A DNA stretch of 64,000 bases from the NCBI RefSeq assembly GCF_028641065.1, contig NC_073378.1, forward strand, positions 85,498,001 through 85,562,000. Direction: 5' to 3'. The notes under the pieces were generated by a model, which ran no database searches, was not told the origin of the DNA, and saw only the letters and a program-made list of their open reading frames with translations. The position numbers and the translations under genes are program-made. Below, piece by piece: positions 51,556 through 62,040 of this stretch. The DNA comes from Leucoraja erinacea. Taxonomy: Eukaryota. Numbering within the stretch: position 1 is the first letter of the stretch; the number at the start of each line of letters is the position of its first letter.

Positions 51556-51801
51556 ATGCCATCTCAGAAACTGTGGCTAGAGAGTGAACAGACATATCCT
51601 CCTGTTGCGCACAGAATTAAAAAGGATAAGAAACAAGAACTGCTGGCTGTAGGACTAGGGATGAAAATGGGAAGAAAACATACAATGTTATGGCAACCTC
51701 TGAAACTTTTTGCCTATTCACAGATTACCTCACTTGTCAGAAGAGCTGCCTTGAAACAAAATGAGAACAACTTCAATTATGAAAAAGCTCACAATTTTAA
51801 G
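51556..51801 (+). CDS. CHN2: alternative first coding exon of the short SH2-less isoform (beta1-chimaerin-like N-terminus)
   Basis: gccATG at 51556 with an upstream in-frame TGA at 51496-51498. Open frame [12 protein letters not shown]...[13 protein letters not shown]...[12 protein letters not shown] runs into ITSLVRR. Resembles the amphipathic N-termini of beta1/alpha1-chimaerins. Confidence 0.88.
51724..51801 (+). CDS. CHN2: beta-chimaerin coding exon (78 bp), [26 protein letters not shown] (start of C1 domain)
   Basis: Acceptor ttttgcctattcacag and donor gtaagg. Phase 0/0. Follows a ~38 kb intron (13661-51723). Confidence 0.96.
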
Positions 51802-53014
51802 GTAAGGCTATTTTTGTTTTACAGATTGTTGTCCTTAAATTGCTGAATGCGATGACAGCTACCATTTGTAATTAGTAAGTCCTTGCTTAGATTTGATTTG
51901 AAGCCATGCAAATTTGCTTCCACTGCCACTTCAGTCTTTTTTTTAATAATACAATGAGAGGCAGAACTATACTTGAAAACAAAGCATATTTGAGATTTCA
52001 AACATGTTTGTGCTGCTTTAAACAACTTACATTTTTAAATCTGTTTTTGTTTTATTTTAAAAATTTGGGGGCAGTTTCAGGGTTGCTTTATATTAAAGTA
52101 GTGTCTAATTGTATATGGTTAAAAATAGTTTAAAAGTGCAACACCAGATGCTGAAGTATGTTTCTGTGACAAAGTTGTAAAGCAATGGTGATCTGCTGGT
52201 ATGTGCTGGAGATCAGCACAGCCACTGCAGCTGCCATCTCTTGATAATGGGAATACTTGCCCACATAAATTTCCCAGAGATGTGTTACAAACTGAAAAGT
52301 CAGGTATGCAGGGAACTTTGGACGAGAGTTCACTTCTACCACACCTTTGTGTTCAATTGGTGGGTTAAAGTATCATGCTGATTTATTGCTCTTTAAAGCA
52401 AACAACTGAATTGTAAAGTTTATCTTGTAACTAATCACATTTCTGTTTGGTGGTTCATGATTGGCATTCTTGCAAGTACAATGAATTGTGAAGCATGCTT
52501 AAACTAATATTCTGAAGTATCACAGAAAGAGTGGCCATTTATTGTTTTTGTCTGTCCTGGCTTTTAGCGCAGAACGGCTACTTTAGACTTACTGCCTTAC
52601 ACTATAGATATCGGTGTGGAATCACACTATTATTCACTTAGTCTCTTTGGGCAATTGGTGATGGGCCTCTAGAATATGAGTTTTAAATGGACATTGTTTT
52701 TGAATTGTGTGGTTAACAAATTATTTCTACCTGCATTAATTCATCTCTTGTGATTCAACATTCACATTGCTAATAAATTATTTACATCTGTTTTAACTCC
52801 ACTCATGTGATTCAACATTCATAATGCTAATTTGTCATTCCAATGGGTCTGCAACCCAAGTGGGAGTTTAGTCTGGTGATGAGAAGAGCTGGCATTGTCA
52901 TTGGCTGTGTGGGGAATAAAAACTCTTGGTACGTTCTCTGAAAAGCAATTGCTGATTATTTCTAACCAAACCAACGTGATTATCCTCTTGTCAGTGCAAT
53001 TATGATCCATATGT

Positions 53015-53952
53015 AAAATGTTAGCAAATTTGCAGATGACACAAAGCTGGGTGGCAGAGTGAACTGTGAGGATGTGAGCTATGAGAATGCAGGGTGACTT
53101 GGACAGGTTGGGGTGAGTGGGCAGATGCATGGCAGATGAAGTTTAATGTGGATAAATGTGAGGTTATCCACTTTGGTAGCAAAAACAGGAAGGCAGATTA
53201 CTATCTAAATGGCATCAAGTTGGGAAAAGGGGAAGTACAACGGGATCTCTGGATGTCCTTGTACATCAGTCTATGAAGGTAAGCATGCAGATACAGCAGG
53301 CAGTGAAGAAAGCGAATGGCATGTTGGCCTTTATAACAAGAGGAATCGAATATAGGAGCAAAGAGGTCCTTCTGCAGTTGTACAGAGCCCTAATGAGACC
53401 ACACCTGGAGTATTGTGTGCAGTTTTGGTCCCCTAATTTGAGGAAGGAAATTCTTGCTATTGAGGGAGTGCAGCGTAGGTTTACAAGGTTAATTCCCGAG
53501 ATGGCGGGACTGTCATACACTGAGAGAATGGAGCAGCTGGGCTTGTACACTCTGGAGTTTAGAAGGATGAGAGGGAATCTCATTGAAACATATAAGATTG
53601 TTAATGGTTTGGACACGCTAGAGGCAGGAAACAAGTTCCCGATGTTGGGGGAGTCCAGAACCAGGGACCACAGTTTAAGAATAAAGAGTAAGCCATTTAG
53701 AACGGAGACGAGGAAACACTTTTTCTCACAGAGAGTGGTGAGTCTGTGGAATTCTCTGCCTCAGAGGATGGTGGAGGCAGGTTCTCTGGATGCTCTCAAG
53801 AGAGAGCTAGATAGGGCTCTTAAAAATAGCGAAGTCAGGGGATATGAGGAGAAGGCAGGAACGGGATACTGATTGGGGATGATCAGCCATGATCACATTG
53901 AATGGCGGTGCTGGCTCGAAGGGCCAAATGGCCAACTCCTGTCTATAGTCTA
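53015..53952 (+). mobile_element. CR1/HER1-like LINE 3' portion
   Basis: FADDTK, RPHLEYCVQFWSP and RRMRG motifs; 3' tail ggccaactcctgtctat. Confidence 0.92.
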
Positions 53953-54150
53953 TTAGATTTTTTGTTTACTCCTTCAGATTGTGTTCACCATCAACATTTT
54001 ATGTTTTTGAATTGCTTGATTAAAGCTAAACATCTTTGGAAAAGATCCAAAGTATTTCAGTCTTGCAGAATTGTTTGCAAAATATAGTCAGTCTACGTTT
54101 TAACAATCATTGTGGCAGTAGAACCTTGATATGAAATAATATTGCAGATT

Positions 54151-54295
54151 CACACAAAAAGCTGCAGTGACTGAGGAAGGGTCTAGACCCAAAACATCAC
54201 CCATTCCTTCTCTCCTGAGCTGCTGCCTGTCCCACAGAGTTACTCCAGCTTTTTGTATCTATCTTCGGTTTAAACCAGCATCTGCAGTTCCTTCC
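54151..54295 (+). mobile_element. short PLE-derived element with short inverted 5' segment
   Basis: TSD ataa(t/c)attgcagatt at 54136-54150 and 54296-54310. Contains ctgaggaagggtctagacccaaaac. Confidence 0.8.
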
Positions 54296-55554
54296 ATAAC
54301 ATTGCAGATTGGTGTTTTACAGAAAACAAAGGAAATGCTATCTTTATACTAAATAGCCATTTTTATACATAATAAACCAAAAATTAAGTATAAACACGTC
54401 ATCTTATCATTCTCGCAGCTCATTACTCTGACATTATATTGGTGATAATTTGATAAACCACAACTCGGCGTAGATGAAAGAGTAGCTTTATTTCCTTGCT
54501 TTATCCCCATAAATGTTGCTGTTGTTGCATGATTGTATAGCACAACATTCCTGCTGCATTCCATTATTCTCTTGTTACCTGTGATTATGGCAATTAATAT
54601 TTTCAAAACATTATTAATGTAATTTTGTACTTCATTAACGTTTCGATATTTTTACTAAATTGAACATTTTCACACAGTGTAATATAATCACATTTTAATA
54701 TAACTGCAGTTAATGAGGGTATCATATTTAATCTGACAGATATATTGTGACTTGCTGCATGGTTTCAATTTCAACATGGCTTATATTGTAAATTAACCTA
54801 CCAATTATGTCGAGAGGCTCAATGACTCACCAAATACAGTGTACTCAGTTAAAATTAATCATCCATTTCAAGTTTTGGTGACTATTTGAACATGAAATTT
54901 TGCATTTTCTTTCATTAATTATTTCAATTTTCCTCCTGAAAAAACAAGTAGGAAGTTGCAGGATCGGATGCTGCATAGAACTTTAAGTAGTTTTGTTTTA
55001 AACTAAAATAAATTAAATAAACTAAAAGTAGTTTTTGTTCTTGTGGCCCAAAACGTGCTCCCACCAATGCTCTATGTAAGTTTACCACTGACCCACACGG
55101 TAATGATGTACTTTTGTGGATTGCTGGGGTTGAATTACTGCCAAGTGCCACCCTGGTACTAAAAGGTGAAGTCGTGCTTTGTGGCAGGACCTTCTGTGTT
55201 ATAGTTCCTTTTTTGTGAAGAAGAGCATATCGAGAACTTCCGCTCATTACATTTCTGAAATACTTCCCCCGCCTCCCATCTTGGTCATAGGCCACCCTAT
55301 CATGTGTTCCAAATAAACTTTCAAAGGCCATCATAACTCTATGAAACAAATAAAGCATTTAAAAAGATCTTTTGAACAAAAGAATTTCAGCTTTTAAAAC
55401 AAAAAACATTTAAGTAAATATATTCAAAATGCAATTACCTGGCTCCTTCGGAGCTGTTCCTCTCCATTGAAGCAACTGAATTTGTTGTTTTTGTACCACA
55501 TCTAAATGGGTTCAGGTTCAGCAACAGATTTCCTAGCATAAGTTCTGCAAACTC

Positions 55555-55863
55555 TGGTCGTGGGCTCCCCTCGGTCATGACTGATCATGGGTGATGCATC
55601 CTAGTTGTCGGCTGCTTGCTCCAAACCTCAGCTAGAGCAGCGTCGCTTGTGGCTGAAGAGACCAATGCGGGAGTGACAGTCTCTGTCGCAGAGGTCATTT
55701 GCGTGTGGTCTCTGGTTTGTTGAAGTTGCTGCGCTCCTTTCTGCGTTCAACAGTTTCTCTTCCCCCGTTTTGAGATGTTGGTTCAGGGTACCTCTCCACC
55801 TTGTGCGGTCAGCTGCAAGGCTCTCCCAGGACTCCACATCGATGTCCAGCACCTTCATATCTC
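55555..55863 (-). mobile_element. RTE-clade LINE 3' fragment
   Basis: WESLAADRTRWR and the C-terminal CDRDCHSRIGLFSHKRRC zinc-finger-like motif. Confidence 0.75.
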
Positions 55864-56369
55864 AGGTAAGTATAACTCTGAAGCACAGTCAAGGAGTTAA
55901 CAATCAACCACAGCCAACAAGTTACTCTTCCATGTTTCAGTGAGAAAGGTAGGTTTATTGGTATCTGCATGGAAAGTGATAATAATTCAACATGATGCTG
56001 GTGGCATTTCCCAATAAGTTCAGGCCTATTAAAACAAACACGGAAACAGAAGGTGGCAATATTTTTTAAATGAAAAGATTATCAAAGCTAATGTGGGACC
56101 TCCAGAAACAGAACCAAGAAAAGTTATAAAATGTAATAAACTGAAGATGCTGGTTTATACCAAAGATAGACACAAAATGTTAGAATATTTGCATTAATGA
56201 ATTTATTTTCACACTAATTCCATGAAAACAAATTTTATTTAATGTATCAAATGTCTCACTAATTAAATGTGAATTTCCTGATGTAAAAATTCCACAAGCC
56301 AAATGGCCGTAAAGCACAGGGGTGATCATCTGTGTGAACATCAATTTAAAAAACAATTAAAGAAATGAA

Positions 56370-57440
56370 TGGATTGAAAAACAAATCAATCCCCAGGGCA
56401 CGATGACCCGCACCACAAGGCTTAGAAGGAGGTGCGGTGGTATTGGTGTTTAGTTCCAAAATTCCCAATGATCCCAGATTTGAGGCTGTAGAATTGACTA
56501 GTGGAATGCTGCCTAGGGTCATTGGTCTCCACTGCTCGTAATCTACACCAATCATTTGGATGAGGTGATTGAGGTAGACATACATGTTTGCTGATGAGCT
56601 AAGGTTGGTGATGATGGGAGTTATGAGGTGGATGCAATGAGGTTTCGTGGGGGATATGGGCAGCCTAAATGTACAGGTAAAGACATGACATATGTAATAA
56701 AACATGGGGAGCAGGGTGATTTTTGTTATTCACTCTGACAGAATACCACAAAAATACCACTCTCCGTTTTTTTTAATGGAGAGTGATTGAAAATGGATTT
56801 TTAGGTAAAATTAAGGATGCCATAGTACAGTTGTATTGAGACCTTCTGAGACTGTACCTGGAATTTGTGTACATATATGATCTCTATTCCAAAGGAAGAA
56901 TATACTTGAAATCATGGGAGTGCTAACATCCTTCTCCAGATGAAACCCTGGGATGGGGGAGATTTTCCTGTGAGGAGAAGTTAAACAATTTGAGATTAAA
57001 AGTAAAAAATGGCAGCTGCTGAACTATTATATTTAGAAGAATGAGAAACATACTAAATTCGTACAAGGCTTGAGAGGGTAGATACTGTCAAGATGATTCT
57101 CCTGGTGGGGATGTCAAGATAATTCTCCTGGTGGGGATGTCAAGATAATTCTCCTGGTGGGGATGTCAAGAATCAGTAGATGTACAATGAAAATAAGGGC
57201 ATAACCTTTCAAGCATGGAAATGTATTTCTCAAGGGTGTTCTCTATCGAATAGAGCTGTGGAAGCTTAGTCTGTCTACTTTCAGAAGAGAGATTGATAGT
57301 TTTTGAACATTAAGGGTATCAAGTGAGGTCTGGAGTGTGCAGGAAGGGACGCTGAGGTAAAGGATGAGCTGTGATGTTGAATGGTTGAGCTGGCATGAGG
57401 GACTGAATGGTCTAATTTTGTCTCTATTTCTTATGAATAT
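56370..57440 (+). mobile_element. highly decayed CR1 with an internal 26-bp triplication
   Basis: Remnant gtgactagtgg-like and tttgctgatga motifs; 3' ttcttatg tail. Confidence 0.55.
57086..57171 (+). repeat. 26-bp tandem repeat x3.3 (tgtcaagataattctcctggtgggga)
   Basis: Three near-perfect units plus a partial one. Confidence 0.95.
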
Positions 57441-58791
57441 AGATCTAAGTGTGTGCAGCATTCTCATTCATTGTGCGTTAGTGTTAAAAATGACAATGGA
57501 AATTCTCTCTTTTATCTTTCTCACTTTCTCCACCTCATCTTCCCACCTCCACTTCCCTAAGACTTTTTTCTACTACCATCTCCATTCTCATTTCTACTTC
57601 CCCCACCTCCTTTTCAATCCCCTCATCTTTCCTATTTGTTCCTGCCCACCTCCAACTCCTCTATTTATAATAGAATTATTTATACATCATAGATAAACCA
57701 AAGCAACCAGATTTTCCATGATGCCATTCGATAAGATCTAAAACTGTGTCCTGAGTGTTGTAAGATATCCCACGATGATCATTTATTGTTATTTATAGGA
57801 CGTTACTCTTTACCGTGGTTTGCTGCATTTAACTTCATAATTTTATATAAAATAATGAATTATCTGTAAAGTACTTTGTAACATCCTGATGATGTGAAAA
57901 TGCTCTAATTCAATAGATTAATTCTTTCCAGTATAAATTCATGAAACACATACGCATTTACAGTTCATTTCCAGAATGTCCACTGTATGAATATGCTTAT
58001 TATTTCGAAGACCCGTGAAATTAGCATTCATAGAATTAAAGTAGTATCTTGATAAATGGTATTTTATGATGAATGCCATGAATTTCAAAATTATTTAATT
58101 GACTTTTCATCAATAGCTGCATCTCTCCCCTGTTACTGCCTCAACCCAAAAACAAAACCAGAAAATTATAAACGACAATGATCGTCTGTACAGATTCTTA
58201 ACATAGTTAGCATTTAATGTCATTTTGACAGTGAACATTATTGTTATCTTCATGCTGACTTTTTTGCTTCTGGCTCTAACCCACGGTGCAATAACACAAT
58301 AATAATTAATATTTATAACTTACAATTAGAAACAAGAGGAGGTCACTCAATCCCTTGAACCTGCATTGCAACTCAATAAATCCCTGGCTTTTATTTATAT
58401 TCTATTTATATTTATTATTATTTTATTTATATTCCATATATAAATTGTTTAAGAATTGGCAATACTTGGTCCAGTTACAGTATAAAAGAAACTAGAAGCA
58501 TAAAAAGTTTTTTGCATACATTTTGCATATTTCAAAATTACAAGCATGTTATAATTGGAATGGGGCCATATATTCCATTGTGCTCATGTTAAGTGGGAGG
58601 AAATCTAGACAGAATGGCCATCCAGTAACTCCTCAATCCAGCAATGTTGCCACATCTCCTTTCCTCCTTTCCCATCCTCTTGTTGATGGTTGATATCATT
58701 CACCTAATTTTCTTCCTTCAACATTTAATCTCATAGGTACAGAAATGACTAAGAGTTTGATGTTTAGCAAAAAAAAAGCGTTTAACAGCTA

Positions 58792-60273
58792 GCTATACTA
58801 TTACTAAAAATCTCATCTTGTTTTCTTCCGGTTAGCGTTGTTTTTAAATTTGCGCAAAAACGGTACCCTATATCGCTAGTATTTTTTCGCCACCTTACTC
58901 ACCGTTCTCCTCTGCTCCAAGTGCATCAAGTTTTGTTCCGATCGGTGGAATATTACAAAAGTTATGAAGGTTTAAAAATCGTAAGATCAGCAGATTGGTC
59001 TTCTCTTCTGTCCGTCAACGGGACAGCGACTCCCCTTCCGTCACCCGCTGTCAGTCACTGGGGCGGAACCTCATGTGAGGTTCAAATGACAAATAAATGG
59101 TATTGTATTGTTGGAGACAAAAGCCCTGGAGGCCGGGCTGGGTCCGGAAGCCGTCTGCAAGCCGTTCACATCCATCCGCCCTGAAGCGGTGAGTGAGTGA
59201 ACTGTGAGTGGACTGTGAGTCGTGAGACCAGAAGCCGTGACTGAGTGAACTTTGCGTCCAGAAGCCGTGACTGAGTGAACTGTGAGTCCAGAAGCCATGA
59301 GTCAGTGAACTGTGAGTCCAGAAGCCGTGAGTCAGTTGACTGAGTCAATGAACTGTGAGTCCAGAAATCGTGAGTCAGTGAACTGTGAGTCAATGAACTG
59401 TGAGTCCAGAAGCCGCCCGGTGTGCGGATGCGGCCCGGAGCGCGGAGCCTGCTTGACTGCTGCAAACTCGCAGTGAGAGTGGGGGTATTGAGGGAGCCGG
59501 GTATTGAGGGAGCCCCCCACAGCGGCAAGCCACGGCAGCGATAGGCCATGGCAGCGCTCCCCCTCCCCACCGGTGCATGCCTGAAGCCTTCCACATCCCT
59601 CAGCTACAGAACGCTCCCGCCGGCCCCCACCTGAGGCCTCCCCATCCCCAGCTGCAGGACTAGCCCAATAATCCATTCGGCCCACAATGTCCATACTAGC
59701 CCCCTGGAAAACTGTCAATTTGGCCCACAACACCTAAACTAGCCCTCCAGAACCCCCCCACTGACCACCGCCTGAAGCCATCCCCCTCCCCAGGCTGCAG
59801 GACGCTCACCCCTTTCCCACCGGCCTCCAACAGCCCCGCCTGAAGTCGTGCCCCTCCCCAGGCTGCAGGAGGCTTCCCCCCCCCCCCCCACCGCCCCCCG
59901 ACAGCCCCCACCTGAGGCCGTCCCCCTCCCCCGGCTGCAGAACGCAACAAGAGACACAACCAGAAAGAATGGACTGAATAAATCGCCTCTTTAACGTTTA
60001 AATTGTTGTTATATTTTAAGCTTTAATAAATCTCTTTTCCGCTTGTCGTGCCCGTCAGCTGCGTGTTCTATGTCATAATGGGAACCCAATAGGAGGGAAT
60101 TGCTGCGCCACCAGAGAACCGCTAGGAATGGACGGGGGGGTGGGGGTTTGAGGGGGGGGGGAGGGAGGGCAAGGGGCGGAGTGGGCCACCCTCCCCCATC
60201 CTTCCTGCAGTACCCAAATAGTAAAAGCAAGGACCTATAGGTGCTGGCTGACAAGCTTTTTTCGCTTTCCTAG
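58792..60273 (+). mobile_element. non-autonomous Helitron variant with 30-bp minisatellite
   Basis: 5' ctatactattact similar to 32406. Shared core ataatccattcggcccacaatgtccatactagccc. Near-palindrome agcaaggacctataggtgctggct followed by CTAG|T at 60270-60274. Confidence 0.7.
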
Positions 60274-60664
60274 TTCTAGCAAAGGGCCTTTGATCTGGAA
60301 AGTTAATTGTTTCCCTTCTCACATGCAGCCTGACCAGCTGAGCATTTCCAGCATTTTCTGTTTTAATTTTAGATTTCCAGCATTTGGAGGGTTTTTTTTT
60401 ATTTTAATTTCTTTGGGATTACTTTGTGTGATTTTAAATTAAATTTGTGCTAGGGTCTGAAAATATGCAGAGCAATATATTGTAATCACTGCCATGTCAC
60501 TAAACTAATTTAATCTGCCAATTATTCTCCTTACCTTAGTAATCATCATTGATTTACTTCTGTAATTAAAAGTTCAGGAGTTCTCAATCTGAAACGACTC
60601 TTCTACTAATTGTATGGCATGAATAACTTGTCATGCATTTGATTGGTCTAGCTCCTCAGCTAGA

Positions 60665-60932
60665 TGATGGAGGCGCTACAGGTCTCTCCGTTGCCGAACC
60701 AGCAGGTCGAGGAACAGCTTCTTTCCGGCGGCTGTCACTCTACTAAACAACGTACCTCGGTGACTGCCAATCACCACCCCCCCCCCCCCCCCCCCCCCCC
60801 CGGACACTTATTATTTTTTTTATTCAAATCGTTTGCTATGTCGCTCTTCAAGGGAGATGCTAAATGCATTTCGTTGTCTCTGTACTGTACACTGACAATG
60901 ACAATTAAATTGAATCTGAATCTGAATCTGAA
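60665..60932 (+). mobile_element. Rex/Babar-like 3' end
   Basis: RRYRSLRCRTSRSRNSFFPAAV segment and an (aatctg)n tail. Confidence 0.7.
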
Positions 60933-61476
60933 TGATTGTAGAAGTGAATTCAATAAATTTGATTTAATCTCACCAGGCAAAAATAAGTGTAATGTCCTGC
61001 ATGTTATAAAAATACATCAATGCTGAAAGTCAGACGTTAAATTGTAAACAGTGTAATTGCAGATTGGCCATCATGGAAGAGAAAGATTATTTCATCTACT
61101 GCTTGGATAATCTTTGAGAAATAATTTTGTGTGCTTAATGAAGGATATGGTAAATCTCTCTTGCAAGCAGTAGAGCTTATTTCACTGACTCTTACAACCT
61201 TGTATGTGATTAGACTAAACCAAGATACTAGTTTAAATCAAAAATGAATACGAATAGCACATATGAAAAAAACGAAATACGAATAGCACTGTTGTTTAGT
61301 CGAAAAAAAGGTTGTAACTCGGAGCCAGCTGTGGAGAAATTTGTGTAAAAACTGTTCAATAAAACTGGTTTCATGTGTCGATCCCCGCTGGGTGCTTTGT
61401 GACCCTTGCTTTAGTATGTTCCATCTGTCGTGCCATCTGGCTCCAGCCTTCACCACTGTCCATCTTTATTTTGCAG

Positions 61477-61561
61477 GTCCATACATTCAGAGGTCCTCAC
61501 TGGTGTGAATACTGTGCCAACTTTATGTGGGGCTTGATCGCTCAGGGAGTGAGATGTTCAG
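61477..61561 (+). CDS. CHN2: beta-chimaerin coding exon (85 bp), C1 (DAG/phorbol ester-binding) domain [28 protein letters not shown]
   Basis: Acceptor ctttattttgcag and donor gtatca. C1 zinc-finger cysteines present. GVRCS is beta-type (alpha has GVKCA). Confidence 0.96.
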
Positions 61562-62040
61562 GTATCATCCAAATTTCCTTTTATAATTTCATTTCCTTAA
61601 GCTCCATTCAAAAAAATTACTTGTTAATTATTAAATGCAATGTCGGTTAAAGTATAAAGTACATGCTGAAAAATTCCTGTTGTAATGAAAGTATATTTCG
61701 TATTAGTTATCGGAGGTACCTGGAATAATTCAGCACATCAGAGATTTAATCTTGCTATTTTAGATCACTATTATTTGCATGCTGTGTTTAAACAAATTAA
61801 TCAAGGGCCTTTTCTGTGTCTGTCTTTTTTAACCTATTTTGTTTCCGCTTCTGACTCTGAAGCTCTGAGAATGACATAGACCCTTCTGAGAACCTATTGT
61901 GTTTATTTTATGGATTCTGTAAAGAAGCAAGCATGTACTGTTTTGACAAAAATGAATAATTCAATGAAAGCAACTATGGATGAATACGAGTCACCTATTT
62001 ATAGCTCTGAGAATGACATGCTTCAGAACCTATTGTATAT

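Noticed and set aside
52745-52830. Short local duplications (also 61861-61902 vs 62002-62038)
   Set aside because: Ordinary small tandem duplications with no further structure.
57086-57171. CRISPR-like direct repeats (also 59185-59415)
   Set aside because: Head-to-tail tandem units with no unique spacers, no cas genes, and a vertebrate intron context.
499-61561. Assignment to CHN1 (alpha-chimaerin)
   Set aside because: Diagnostic residues in the shared exons ([38 protein letters not shown]) are beta-type.
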